In this document: positions 16,725 through 27,327 of the stretch, piece after piece | Position numbering within the stretch: the stretch's first letter is position 1 | How the letters are laid out: each line of letters starts with the position of its first letter | Source: Puniceicoccales bacterium | GTDB lineage: Bacteria > Verrucomicrobiota > Verrucomicrobiia > Opitutales > JAIRLG01 | Direction of reading: 5' to 3' | Assembly (NCBI GenBank): GCA_031288595.1 | Contig: JAITRB010000003.1 | Location: 1 to 32,000 of the forward strand | DNA length: 32,000 bases | Notes under the pieces: model-generated | What the model was told of the DNA's origin: nothing | Database searches by the model: none | The model's input: only the letters and a program-made list of their open reading frames with translations | Made by a program: the position numbers and the translations under genes

Positions 16725-17369
16725 ATGGGTTTTTCGAAAAAGGCCTGGAGTTCAAGGTCGGCATTCACGCTGGTGGAGCTTCTGATGACCATCGGGCTGC
16801 TCTTTTGCCTCCTGATGGTGGTGGGGCATGTCATCCGTCAGGATCTCTCCCATCGACGCTTATCCCTGGCACTCGAGGTGGTGGAAGATTTTCTCTCCCT
16901 GGCCACGACGACGGCCCGTCTGGACCACGTTTACGTGCGCATTTTATGGAATGTGGGCGATTCTTCATCAGGACATGAGTCCAGGATTTTTCTCCTCACC
17001 TCTCCTGCTATTAGCCCATCGGCCGAATGGACCCTGTCGCGCTCCGAGCCTCTGCCCGAGCATTGTCGGCTGCTGACCCAGATCGAGAATCATAATTTCC
17101 CAGCAGGTGCTAGCGTCAATGTTTCAGAGGCCTGGCTTAACGGCACTTCTACCCTTCTCTGCGAGGGCAGTGTTTCCGTTCGGGAATGCTTCTTCAATCC
17201 CGACGGAGAGCTGAGAGAGGCGGATGGGAGCAGCCCTCTTTGTCGGGCGATAGGGTTGGGTTACGGGCCCAAAGCATCCCCTCTGGGCTCTGTTTCCATC
17301 AACGCCAATGGCCATGTGCAAATCCATGAAGGAATCGAAAATGTGCAGAATTTCCTCGCGACTCTTTAG
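16725..17369 (+). CDS. prepilin-type N-terminal cleavage/methylation domain protein (pseudopilin)
   Basis: N-terminus MGFSKKAWSSRSA|FTLVELLMTIGLLFCLLMVV has a short basic leader, F at +1, E at +5 and a hydrophobic helix. I recognise no other domain. Confidence 0.65.
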   Translation: MGFSKKAWSSRSAFTLVELLMTIGLLFCLLMVVGHVIRQDLSHRRLSLALEVVEDFLSLATTTARLDHVYVRILWNVGDSSSGHESRIFLLTSPAISPSAEWTLSRSEPLPEHCRLLTQIENHNFPAGASVNVSEAWLNGTSTLLCEGSVSVRECFFNPDGELREADGSSPLCRAIGLGYGPKASPLGSVSINANGHVQIHEGIENVQNFLATL

Positions 17370-17799
17370 GGCAAGGTCTAGAGAGGGTTTTTTGCTGATT
17401 GAATTGCTGGTGGCTTTGGGAATGGTTGTTTTTGTCTATCCTCTGGCCTTTCTCTACATCTCCCGCCTGATGGATCAGCCCAAGATGGCTTCTGTGGACT
17501 TGGAAATGCGGGAAGCAGCAGCCAATATGAAGGCCTTTTTGAGCCTTTCGGGTCATTTGCCTACCCTCGCGTCCCAGAAGATATCCATAGGACATGATGC
17601 GAACGGACGGCTTTGGATCCGTCCCTTTCAGACGGACGATGAGGGCGCCTCTTCAGACGCGGATTTCCTGGCGAAGAACTACGATCAGCCTACAATTTTG
17701 TCTTCTGCTCCCGGCCAGAGCCAAATGTTCTGTAGCTTCAATGGGGGATCCTGGATACTCTGCCCAAAGAGCCAGGGAGCTATTCTCGAGCGCTTTTAA
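17341..17799 (+). CDS. prepilin-type N-terminal cleavage/methylation domain protein (pseudopilin)
   Basis: Leader ...RARSREG|FLLIELLVALGMVVFVY with G at -1, F at +1 and E at +5. Several in-frame ATGs are available (17308, 17314, 17326, 17341). The one at 17341 follows an AAGGA Shine-Dalgarno-like sequence. The gene overlaps the end of the preceding pseudopilin gene. Confidence 0.6.
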   Translation: MCRISSRLFRARSREGFLLIELLVALGMVVFVYPLAFLYISRLMDQPKMASVDLEMREAAANMKAFLSLSGHLPTLASQKISIGHDANGRLWIRPFQTDDEGASSDADFLAKNYDQPTILSSAPGQSQMFCSFNGGSWILCPKSQGAILERF

Positions 17800-17895
17800 G
17801 GAAAGGAGAAAATTCCTGTCCGTCGTTCGCCTCAGTCGCAACACCTCGGCAATAGCTGCCTTTTTTCTCGATCCGAGGTAGATTTTGGAAAAATG

Positions 17896-20208
17896 CTAGG
17901 CGAAGAGCTTCGGCTCAGCAGCCACCATTTTTTCCAGGACGGATTTCGGACCGGCCAACAGGAGGATGTCATTGCTCTCCAGCGGAGTGGAGACATCCGG
18001 TGTGATGATGTGGGAGCCACGGCGCTGGATTCCCACGATGTTGATGCCGTGCTGCTCGCGCAGCTGCGTATCGCCAATCGTCTTGCCGACGAAGGGATGT
18101 TGGGCATCGACCAGCAGCTGTTCCAGTTCTAGCGATTCACCGCTGCGCCGCGGGACCATCGATTCTCTCTGCAGCAATAAAGCCTTGGCCGCCTCGATTT
18201 GCTTTTTTTCGCCCAGCAGGAGCAATTGGTCATTGGGGAAGAGGATGTCCTTCGGATCGAGCTGGTAGGAAGTATAACCGCTTCGGGTGATGGCGACGAT
18301 GCTGACGCCCGTGAGGCGGCGAATCTCCAGCTCCCTAATGCTCTCCCCTATATGGATGGAGGAATGGGGCAGGGTAAAGGTCTCCATCTCGACCTCCCAA
18401 GGGTGCCGCGTCTGGATTTTTTCTAAAATTCTCTGCCGCTCCGTGGCTTCCTGGTGCTTCAGTTCCTGGTTGAAGCTCTTCAGGAACAGAACCTCCATCC
18501 GATTATTGATCTGGAGCAGCTGCTTCCAGGCGAAGGCACAGAGAACGGAACAGAGGGCCAGAAAGACCAGGAGCGACACCCCCCCTGGTAGATAGGGAGA
18601 AGCCGTGGCCAGAAAGGCCCCGCCGAAGAGCAGCAGCGCGAGGCCGGAGACAAAAGCTTCCAGAGCACGCCTCACCTTTTGACCGCGCTCGTTGAGGGTG
18701 ATCTCGGCCGTGAGCCGTTGAAAGAGAAGGCTGATGATCTGGCGCAGGTTGCGGACGATGCCCGCGAAAACCGGCATGCTGATACAGGCGGCCACTATCC
18801 AGAGGCCCATCGACCAGAGGCCGATGTGCTCTTGGAGCAGGGGGAAGCTTTTCTGATGAATCCGGTGCGAGAGGTAGGAGGAGACGCTGAGCGAGCCGAT
18901 GAGCAGCAGGAACATGATCCCCGTCTGCAGCAGCGGTTTTTTCAGCAGCTGCAGCAGCTCATTGCGGCGGAATTCCATCTGGGCACGCTGGCGCAGGCGC
19001 TGATAGAACTCCCCCAAACTGCGCACGCTTCGGGGAATTTTTTGGGAAATTTTTTGGTAGACCTCTTCACTGTGCTGGTTGAGCAGGGTAGAGAGGAGGA
19101 TGCTTCCGATGGAAATACTGACGGCGAGCGACATTAGGCGGGAATCCGCCACCCCATAACTCATGCCCAGTGAAGCGATGATGAAGCTGAATTCTCCGAT
19201 TTGGGATTTGCAGATGGCGGCGAAGAAGGCACTCCTGCTCTCCTCGCCGGCGAGGAATAAGCCGAACCAGCAGACCGAGACCATGGTGAGGAGGATGATG
19301 CCGGTCATGCAGAGGATGAGAAACCAGTGCTCGGCGAGATAGGACGGTTCGATCAACATCCCGATGCTGACCAGAAAGGCGCTGCAGAAGATGTAACGGA
19401 TGGGTTCCGACATATGCTCGATCTTCTCCGCAATGACCGATTGGGAGAGCACGGAACCGGCCAGGAAGGCGCCGAGTTCGGATGAGAAGTGCAAGCGGGC
19501 CGCCAGGTTGACGATGACCAGGAGAAAACCGATGCTCATGACGATCAGCAGCTCCGGTGAACCGATTCTGTCCAAGACCTTCGCGATACGAGCCGCCAGA
19601 AGCCGGCCGATGAAAAAGACCATGGCGACGAAAATGCCGACGAGGAAGGTCACCTTCCACACCGCTTCCCACTGGAAATAGCCGGTCAGGCCGATACCTG
19701 AGAGGACGACCAGCATGAGGATGGCGACCATATCGTCGAGGATCAGCATCCCGATGGCTAGCTGGGCGTAGTTGCGATCCATGGCGTTCTTGCTCCGAAT
19801 CATCGATACCGCTATCATCGTCGAGCTAACGCAGAGGAGGCCTCCTAAAAACAGACCGCCGACACCGCCAAAGCCCAGCAGTGGCGCGAGCATCTGGCCG
19901 AGAAAGAGCATGGCGGCAGTCTGGAATGCAATTGCAAGAAAGGAGGGCCCGATGGCTCGGCTGAGCTTTTCGAGATTGAACTCGAGGCCGATGTAGAACA
20001 TGAGCAGCACGACGCCCAGTTCGCTCAGCTCCTCAATCGTTCCCGTGTCGCGAATCGACGGAAAAAAATGGCAGTGTGGGCCGATGAGCATGCCACTCAG
20101 GATGTAACTCAGGAGCAGCGGAATCCGAAGATAATGCGCCACAATACCCGCCGTCCCCGCAGTGGCCGTCAGGACGGCAAGGTCTTGAATCAGTGTAATT
20201 TCTTCCAT
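17896..20208 (-). CDS. monovalent cation:proton antiporter-2 (CPA2) family protein with two C-terminal RCK_C (TrkA-C) domains
   Basis: An N-terminal polytopic Na+/H+-exchanger-type domain of about 400 aa is followed by extra TM helices. Two repeats of the RCK_C pattern then follow (HIGESIRELEIRRLTGVSIVAITRSG...NDQLLLLGEKKQIE and FVGKTIGDTQLREQHGINIVGIQRRG...NDILLLAGPKSVLE). I prefer the ATG at 20208 (MEEITLIQDL) to the non-ATG ORF start at 20250. Confidence 0.8.
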   Translation of the reverse strand: MEEITLIQDLAVLTATAGTAGIVAHYLRIPLLLSYILSGMLIGPHCHFFPSIRDTGTIEELSELGVVLLMFYIGLEFNLEKLSRAIGPSFLAIAFQTAAMLFLGQMLAPLLGFGGVGGLFLGGLLCVSSTMIAVSMIRSKNAMDRNYAQLAIGMLILDDMVAILMLVVLSGIGLTGYFQWEAVWKVTFLVGIFVAMVFFIGRLLAARIAKVLDRIGSPELLIVMSIGFLLVIVNLAARLHFSSELGAFLAGSVLSQSVIAEKIEHMSEPIRYIFCSAFLVSIGMLIEPSYLAEHWFLILCMTGIILLTMVSVCWFGLFLAGEESRSAFFAAICKSQIGEFSFIIASLGMSYGVADSRLMSLAVSISIGSILLSTLLNQHSEEVYQKISQKIPRSVRSLGEFYQRLRQRAQMEFRRNELLQLLKKPLLQTGIMFLLLIGSLSVSSYLSHRIHQKSFPLLQEHIGLWSMGLWIVAACISMPVFAGIVRNLRQIISLLFQRLTAEITLNERGQKVRRALEAFVSGLALLLFGGAFLATASPYLPGGVSLLVFLALCSVLCAFAWKQLLQINNRMEVLFLKSFNQELKHQEATERQRILEKIQTRHPWEVEMETFTLPHSSIHIGESIRELEIRRLTGVSIVAITRSGYTSYQLDPKDILFPNDQLLLLGEKKQIEAAKALLLQRESMVPRRSGESLELEQLLVDAQHPFVGKTIGDTQLREQHGINIVGIQRRGSHIITPDVSTPLESNDILLLAGPKSVLEKMVAAEPKLFA

Positions 20209-20659
20209 GAAAAAGTGAGCCAGTCCTAAGAATTTTATATCTCCCCGCAAGGCTTTGCTTTCGGGAAAGTCCTGATGCTGCTTCGCAATAGAGGAATCTC
20301 TAGCTTTGTTTTGCAGCGGAAAGATGCCTCTATCGGCGCTGAGTATTTTCCCGGGAGGGAGAATTATCCGATTTAGGAGCGCTGGAGAGCTTTACCGATG
20401 GTCCTGAGCGCGATGAGTTGCCGATAGGTGTGCAGAAACACGCATCCGCCGAGATGCTGGTAAATTGCAGTTGCTCCGTGCCTCCCTCCTTCAGAGAGAA
20501 GGATTTCCTCAAGGGAACGAGGACAACTCTCCTCCAAAATTCCTCAGCGGGCCTGCGAGAAGCGCAGTTCTTCCGCCTCTTTTAGCAGCAAAGGGGCTTT
20601 CTCGAGAAATTCCTTCTGATCTAGCCGGTAGAAATGGGATTCCCTGGCTAAAATTCTAA

Positions 20660-21787
<1,128 letters not shown>

Positions 21788-21886
21788 GATTTTGCTTTTG
21801 GCGAAAGCCCCACGGGACATTTTCTGTTAAACATGTGAGGGGAGGGGAAGCTCTTTTCCCTCAGCTGAGAGCGGCTTGGCTCACTG

Positions 21887-21973
21887 CCCGCTGCCTTTGA
21901 ATCCCGAAGGGATTGGCCCGCGGAGCGGGCCTCAAGAGCCCCTCTGCAGGGGGGCTCTTGCAAAGGCAGCGGG
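21887..21973. repeat. structured intergenic palindromic element, copy 3 (four-way junction)
   Basis: 13-bp closing stem CCCGCTGCCTTTG (21887-21899) / CAAAGGCAGCGGG (21961-21973). It encloses ATCCC-GAA-GGGAT (21901-21913), GGCCCGC-GGA-GCGGGCC (21915-21931) and CAAGAGCCCC-loop-GGGGCTCTTG (21933-21960). Confidence 0.8.
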
Positions 21974-22016
21974 AAAAGGAAGAAAAATTCCCTTTCCCGA
22001 GTCCCTCTGCCGTTCC

Positions 22017-23426
22017 CTAGCCCACCGCACCCTCCACCTCGAGCTCGATGAGGCGCTTGAGTTCCACACCGTACTCCATCGGGAATTCGCGCAGGAGCTC
22101 ATTGACGAAGCCATTGACGCTGAGGCTCAAGGCCTGGGCATGCGGAATGCCTCGCTGCTGGAGATAGAAGAGCTGCTCCTCACTGATTTTCGAAACACTC
22201 GCCTCGTGCTGGACACAGTTTCGATGACCATGAATGCGCAGGGTGGGGAAAGTGGCGCTGCAGCTACGGGCATTCAGGAGCAGAGCATCGCACTGGGTAT
22301 GGTTTTGGCATTGTCCATCGGCGGGCCGGATGTCGACGAAATTGCGAGCGGAGGCAATACCGCTGCCGAGGGATATAGATTTGGAAATAATTTGGGAACT
22401 CGTATGCCGGCCGAGGTGGATCATCTTGGCTCCGGTGTCCTGCCACTGGCCCTCGCGGGCGACGGCGATGGAGAGCACCTCGCCCCTGGCCCGTTCGCCC
22501 TGAAGCAGGATGCAGGGATACTTCATGGTCAACTTCGAGCCGATATTGCAGTCAATCCAGCGGATCTCGGCCCCCTCATGGGCAACGCCGCGCTTGGTGA
22601 CGAGGTTGAAAACATTGCGCGACCAGTTCTGGACGGAGATATACTGCAGCTTGGCGTGGGGCAAAACCACCAGCTCGACGACCGCCGAATGCAGCATGGC
22701 CTTGGAGGAAGAAGGAGCCGTACAGCCCTCCATATAGCTCACTTCAGCCCCTTCGCCGACGACGATGAGGGTGCGCTCGAATTGTCCGAAATTCTCGGCA
22801 TTGATGCGGAAATAGGCCTGCAGAGGCTGGGAGACTTTGAGTCCAGGCGGAACGTAGATGAAACTCCCACCGCTGAAAACGGCGCTGTTCAGCGCGCTGA
22901 ATTTGTTGTCCCCCACGGGGACGATTTGGCCGAAATGGGGGCGAAAGATTTCCGGATAACGGGCAAGGCCCTCGGAGGAGCTGACGAAGATGACCCCTTG
23001 GGCCTGCAGGCGTTCCTGGATACGTGCATAGGCCGCTTCGCTGTCGAACTGGGCCTCGACGCCGGCCAGGAATTTCTGCTCCTGTTCCGGAATGCCCAGG
23101 CGTTCGAAGGTTCGTTTGACCTCCGGCGACACCTCTTCCCAGGACTGCCGGCTCTCTGTTCCCTGGGCGAGGTAGTAGTGGAAGTCCTCGAATCGCAAGT
23201 CCCGCAGAACGGCCGGTGCCCATTCCCAGGGCATGGTTTTTTGGAGAAAAATATCCAGGGCCTCATGCCGCCATCGGCGAATCCATGGTTCTTCTCCCTT
23301 CGCGTCGGAGATGTAGTCGAGCGTCGCGTGCGACAATCCCTGACCCGCATCTAGGGAGTAATTTAGGGCATACCTGAAATCCCCTTTCGTCTCCTGGGCA
23401 TCTGCGATGATTTCGGGAGATTTCAT
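22017..23426 (-). CDS. sufB: Fe-S cluster assembly protein SufB
   Basis: A full-length 469-aa SufB-type sequence, including [82 protein letters not shown] and a C-terminal [19 protein letters not shown]. Its start overlaps the sufC stop codon (ATGA). Confidence 0.9.
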   Translation of the reverse strand: MKSPEIIADAQETKGDFRYALNYSLDAGQGLSHATLDYISDAKGEEPWIRRWRHEALDIFLQKTMPWEWAPAVLRDLRFEDFHYYLAQGTESRQSWEEVSPEVKRTFERLGIPEQEQKFLAGVEAQFDSEAAYARIQERLQAQGVIFVSSSEGLARYPEIFRPHFGQIVPVGDNKFSALNSAVFSGGSFIYVPPGLKVSQPLQAYFRINAENFGQFERTLIVVGEGAEVSYMEGCTAPSSSKAMLHSAVVELVVLPHAKLQYISVQNWSRNVFNLVTKRGVAHEGAEIRWIDCNIGSKLTMKYPCILLQGERARGEVLSIAVAREGQWQDTGAKMIHLGRHTSSQIISKSISLGSGIASARNFVDIRPADGQCQNHTQCDALLLNARSCSATFPTLRIHGHRNCVQHEASVSKISEEQLFYLQQRGIPHAQALSLSVNGFVNELLREFPMEYGVELKRLIELEVEGAVG

Positions 23427-24172
23427 GGGGAGGCAAAGCTTGAGTAGCCCGAGTGCTCGATGTGTTCGATGAGTTCTTCGTGACCGCTGCGGACAATCCG
23501 GCCGTTGAGGAGGATATGGAGCCGATCTGGACGCAGGTACTGCAGGAGACTGGGGTGATGGGTGATGATCAGCCCCCCCATCCCGCTCTCCTTTCGGAGC
23601 TCATCCAGGCTATGGGCCATCATTTTCGTCGCATCGGCATCAAGGCCGCTGTCGATTTCATCGAGAAGGGCGAAGCGGGGGCGCAGCAGCAGCAGCTGCA
23701 GAAGCTCACAGCGCTTTTTCTCCCCACCGGAAAAGCCGACATTGAGGGAGCGGGCGCTGAAGGCGCGCTCGAGGGACAGGGCATCTAGGCAGCGGTAGAG
23801 ATGGGCATAGAACTCGGTGGCCGAAAAGCGCTCTCCTGGCCCTTGGCGCGCCTGAATGGCCGCCCGCAGGAAATTCGCGACGCTGAGGCCCTCGATTTCC
23901 ACTGGATTCTGAAAGGCGAGAAAAATTCCCATTCGGGCGATGTGGTCCGGCGATTGGCCGCAGAGCGGATTCCCGTCAAAGGAAATATCGCCCTGAAGGA
24001 TGCGGTAATCGGGATGACCGGCGATGGCTTTCGACAGCGAGCTCTTGCCAGCCCCGTTGGGCCCTAAGAGGGCATGCATTTCCCCTCCAGGCACTTCGAG
24101 GGAAAAATCCCTTAGGACGATTTTCTCCTCGACCTGCAGGGATAGCCCTCGAATGCGAAGCCCAGAATCCAT
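23423..24172 (-). CDS. sufC: Fe-S cluster assembly ATPase SufC
   Basis: Walker [13 protein letters not shown], the SufC-type signature [15 protein letters not shown], Walker [13 protein letters not shown] and an H-loop ITHH. I prefer the ATG at 24172 ([10 protein letters not shown]) to the TTG at 24202. Confidence 0.9.
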   Translation of the reverse strand: MDSGLRIRGLSLQVEEKIVLRDFSLEVPGGEMHALLGPNGAGKSSLSKAIAGHPDYRILQGDISFDGNPLCGQSPDHIARMGIFLAFQNPVEIEGLSVANFLRAAIQARQGPGERFSATEFYAHLYRCLDALSLERAFSARSLNVGFSGGEKKRCELLQLLLLRPRFALLDEIDSGLDADATKMMAHSLDELRKESGMGGLIITHHPSLLQYLRPDRLHILLNGRIVRSGHEELIEHIEHSGYSSFASP

Positions 24173-24225
24173 GAGCTCATCAGGATGACGAGGAAATCCC
24201 AAAAGGCAAAGGCAATTAGTTTCTC

Positions 24226-24756
24226 CTACTGTTCATCGGATGCGTTATCGCTATGCACCTTTCTTGTGCCGTGCATCAGTATGCGGTCGCTTTTAGAGAC
24301 TTCATCTCCCATGGGAGGAGGGCATAGGTGAGCCATGATGAGGACTAGGTGGCTTCCGGGCGTCTGTTGCTTGGTCAGGAAAGAGCGGATGATTTTCTCC
24401 CATTTGGGGATGAGAATTGTCCCCATTGAGGCACCTGAGAACCAGAGATAGGGCTGAAGGGGCTCAGGAGCAATCGAGGCAGAGCAGTGTTGGATCTCCT
24501 CAAAGTTGAGCGGAATAGGCCCGATTTCCGATTGGATCTTTCCTTCACGCAGTTTTGGCAGCATAAAGCTCAAGGCAGAGGCTATGGGGTTTGGAGGGAA
24601 GTCTTCGGTATTTCCGCCGGCAATTGCAGCCTTCATGACTCGTTTATTGGCATTGAATTCGGGTCTCCCGGATCTTCTCAAACTCGGCTTCCCCTGGATA
24701 TTCTCTGAAGCCGCCACGAGATCGGCGAACTGTAGCTGCTTGAATTTCAACTCCAT
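24226..24756 (-). CDS. hypothetical protein (no recognisable domain), first gene of the sufC-sufB transcription unit
   Basis: An open frame of 176-207 codons is co-oriented with sufC, lies 53 nt upstream of it, and is divergent from dnaN. The ATG at 24756 (MELKFKQLQFADL) is the first ATG with room for a promoter. I recognise no motifs. Confidence 0.4.
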   Translation of the reverse strand: MELKFKQLQFADLVAASENIQGKPSLRRSGRPEFNANKRVMKAAIAGGNTEDFPPNPIASALSFMLPKLREGKIQSEIGPIPLNFEEIQHCSASIAPEPLQPYLWFSGASMGTILIPKWEKIIRSFLTKQQTPGSHLVLIMAHLCPPPMGDEVSKSDRILMHGTRKVHSDNASDEQ

Positions 24757-24851
24757 CCAGACCCTCTTTCGGAAGAGTCTAAAAAGGATTACGGCAAGCG
24801 CTAACCTGGCATTGATTTTGGAAAAATTTTCCTGATCTTGGAGGGACAAAT

Positions 24852-25985
24852 ATGAAGTTCACAATTTCCAGAAACGCGTTTTCCGATGGGCTACAGCAGG
24901 TGCTCCATGCGGTTAGCTTACGGCCATCTTTGCCCATTTTATCCCATGTCAAGCTGGAGGTGCAGGGAAAGGATGTCTCGCTGACGACCACGAGCCTCGA
25001 CCTCGGCATTCAGTGCCACCTGGGGGCGACGGTCGAAGCGGAAGGTGCCATTGCGCTGCCGATGAAGAAGCTGGCGAGCATTGCCAAGGCCCTGCCGGGT
25101 CAAGAGGTTTCCGTCGAGGCCAATGCCAAGTTGCAAATCACACTCCGTTCCGGTGCTTCGACCTTTAAGATCAGCGGGCTAGACGCAGGGGAATTCCCCA
25201 AACTTCCGAGCTTTACGGATGCCCATGAACTGCGCCTGGAGCAGGAGGACTTGCGGGAGATGTTGCGGCGGGTCTCCTATTCTCAGTCTCATGACGAGAA
25301 TCGCTACCTGCTCAACGGAGTTTACTTCTCCTTCGAGGGTGAAGACCTAAATGTGGTCGCCACGGATGGCCGGCGCCTGAGCATGGTCAGTCGGACGATA
25401 GGGGAGGGGATTTCCTCTTTCCCGAGCATCATCGTGCCCGCCAAAACGGTTGCCGAGCTTGAGCGCCTCCTGGGTCATGGAAAGTACGTCGACCTGAGGT
25501 TTAATGAGAAACAGGTGTCCTTCGACATCGCGGTGGATATTTCCGATGAGCAGGCGGCGACGCTTCGGGGAAAGATCGGCTTGATTTCCAAAGTCGTGGA
25601 AGGGCGCTATCCCAATTATCGCCAGGTCTTGCCCACGTTGACCGCACACCGCATTCGGGTCGAACGCGAGCTCTTGGCGGAAACCGTACAGCGGGTGGCC
25701 CTGATGGCCAGCGAGAAGAACTACTCGGTCTGCCTGCGCATCGCCGACCATACGCTGGAGGTATCGGCCAAGAGCTCGGAGTACGGAGAGGCACAGGAAG
25801 GGTTTGCCATTCAGTATGACGAGGCACCGGTGGAAATCGCCTTCAATCCCCAGTTCCTGGTCGATCCACTGCGTATTCTGCCGGATGATGACATTTTCTT
25901 CGAATTCAAGGATGAGCTGAGTCCTGGGGTGATGAAGACATCGGGAAATTTTGTCTGTGTCGTCATGCCTCTGCGCCTGCGATGA
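24852..25985 (+). CDS. dnaN: DNA polymerase III subunit beta (sliding clamp)
   Basis: Typical N-terminus MKFTISRNAFSDGLQQV, a three-domain length of 377 aa, internal VATDGRRL and YPNYRQVLP motifs, and a C-terminal VVMPLRL. Confidence 0.92.
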   Translation: MKFTISRNAFSDGLQQVLHAVSLRPSLPILSHVKLEVQGKDVSLTTTSLDLGIQCHLGATVEAEGAIALPMKKLASIAKALPGQEVSVEANAKLQITLRSGASTFKISGLDAGEFPKLPSFTDAHELRLEQEDLREMLRRVSYSQSHDENRYLLNGVYFSFEGEDLNVVATDGRRLSMVSRTIGEGISSFPSIIVPAKTVAELERLLGHGKYVDLRFNEKQVSFDIAVDISDEQAATLRGKIGLISKVVEGRYPNYRQVLPTLTAHRIRVERELLAETVQRVALMASEKNYSVCLRIADHTLEVSAKSSEYGEAQEGFAIQYDEAPVEIAFNPQFLVDPLRILPDDDIFFEFKDELSPGVMKTSGNFVCVVMPLRLR

Positions 25986-26824
25986 CGGAGATGGGAATCG
26001 CCATGGATTCATTGGGGTTGGTTTATGTTGCCGTCCTTCTGCTTTTGGGAACGCTGGGTTGGATTATCTGTTACTGGCATCGGGAAGCGTATAAACCCTC
26101 GCTGACGGCCCTGTGGCTCTCGTGGCTGGAATTTGGGACCCTGGTCTCGGCGATTTTTCTCATCTCTTCCTTTGTTTCAACGGCCCTTCGCCGAATCCTG
26201 GGTGTTTGGCTGAACGTCACCGAGCTATGGAATGAAGCCGAGTGGTCGCTCCTGATAGATGCTTTGGATCAGCTAGCCCTGCTGCTCTTCTTCCTCCTCA
26301 TCCGGGCGAAGAAAATCTGGGTTTTGCCCAGGACCTGGGAGCGGCGCCATACACTGGGAGGTATTTTCATGAGTGCTCTGCGGGCCTTCCTCCTTCTCAT
26401 CCCGCTATTCTGGATCTCGAGTCTTGTCTGGGGAGGATTTTCTTCTTTCCTGGCCGAGCACTTTTCTCTTCCCTTTCAGCTCGAAGAGCAGGAGCTCATC
26501 CGGAACTTTTATGAGCTTCGTTCCTGGCCGATGCGCAGCATCTTCTGCCTTTGCACTCTGGTGGGGGCCCCCGTCGTGGAGGAGCTGCTCTTCCGCTACG
26601 GCCTCTATCGCTTCCTGAAGGGGAAGTGGAATGCCTCGAAAGCCTGTTGGGGTACCTCATTGGCCTTCGGCCTGATGCACGCCCATTGGCTGTCCTTCGT
26701 CCCGCTCATGGGCCTGAGCATCTTTCTCATCCGCCTCTACGAGCGCGAAAAAAATCTCCTGCCCTGTGTCCTGATGCACGCGTTTTTCAACGCCAACACC
26801 CTCCTGCTGCTCCATCTAGGGTGA
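25982..26824 (+). CDS. CPBP family intramembrane glutamic endopeptidase (CAAX protease/Abi-type)
   Basis: A polytopic membrane protein carrying the three CPBP motifs: VVEELLFRYGLY, FGLMHA and HAFFNA. Its start overlaps the dnaN stop codon (ATGA at 25982-25985). Confidence 0.8.
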   Translation: MTEMGIAMDSLGLVYVAVLLLLGTLGWIICYWHREAYKPSLTALWLSWLEFGTLVSAIFLISSFVSTALRRILGVWLNVTELWNEAEWSLLIDALDQLALLLFFLLIRAKKIWVLPRTWERRHTLGGIFMSALRAFLLLIPLFWISSLVWGGFSSFLAEHFSLPFQLEEQELIRNFYELRSWPMRSIFCLCTLVGAPVVEELLFRYGLYRFLKGKWNASKACWGTSLAFGLMHAHWLSFVPLMGLSIFLIRLYEREKNLLPCVLMHAFFNANTLLLLHLG

Positions 26825-26828
26825 TTTT

Positions 26829-27308
26829 ATGTCCTTTCTGCTGCGGGACGAAGCGCTGGAGGCCGACCTGCTGAAGGGGATTCTTTGCCCCTCACCAGAC
26901 GCAACCCATCAGCTGGCCAGACGTTTCGCCAATGTTCTGCCGGAGAACATCAGCCTCTTTCTTCACGGGAATCTCGGGGCCGGCAAGACCACTTTCGTCC
27001 AAGGGATGGCCGAATCCTACGGGATTTGGGAAGCGGTGACCAGCCCGACTTTCACGCTGTGGAACCGCTATGAGGGCCGCTGTCATCTATTCCACGTCGA
27101 TGCCTATCGCCTGAAATCCGCGCAGGAGGCGAAAGCGCTCTATCTGGAAGATTTTTTGCAAGCCCCCTACGTGCTCTGCGTGGAATGGCCGGAGAAGATC
27201 ACGGATGGGAGCCTGATACCGGATGCCCATCTATGGTTTTCCCAGCCGAGAGAGAAGCCCGATGCGCGAATTATCCACTTGTCACGAGAGGATTCTGCTC
27301 TAAGCTGA
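26829..27308 (+). CDS. tsaE: tRNA threonylcarbamoyladenosine (t6A) biosynthesis protein TsaE
   Basis: P-loop LHGNLGAGKTTFVQGMA, plus SPTFTLWNRY and HVDAYRL motifs, in a 159-aa protein. Confidence 0.88.
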   Translation: MSFLLRDEALEADLLKGILCPSPDATHQLARRFANVLPENISLFLHGNLGAGKTTFVQGMAESYGIWEAVTSPTFTLWNRYEGRCHLFHVDAYRLKSAQEAKALYLEDFLQAPYVLCVEWPEKITDGSLIPDAHLWFSQPREKPDARIIHLSREDSALS

Positions 27309-27327
27309 ATCCGTAGGAGATCGGCTC

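Noticed and set aside
16376-16834. N-terminal extension of the recombinase ORF (the tracked ORF is 496 aa).
   Set aside because: The extension runs antisense across the ferredoxin gene and into the pseudopilin gene, and it has no similarity to recombinase N-termini. The ATG at 16375 gives a normal Xer protein of about 343 aa.
17843-17879. Hairpin ACCTCGG...CCGAGGT enclosing GGCA-loop-TGCC followed by T6, between the convergent pseudopilin and CPA2 genes.
   Set aside because: It is plausibly a weak bidirectional terminator. However, the inner stem is only 4 bp and the T-tract lies inside the outer loop, which is too weak to report as a feature.
21876-23354. 492-aa ORF on the + strand.
   Set aside because: It lies entirely antisense to the well-supported sufB gene. 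It has a low-complexity, Gly/Ala/Leu-rich composition and no recognisable motifs. This is a typical shadow ORF in GC-rich coding DNA.
27271-27279. TTATCCACT, a near-consensus DnaA box.
   Set aside because: It is a single copy with one mismatch, inside the tsaE coding region and 2.4 kb from dnaN. No cluster or AT-rich unwinding element is nearby.
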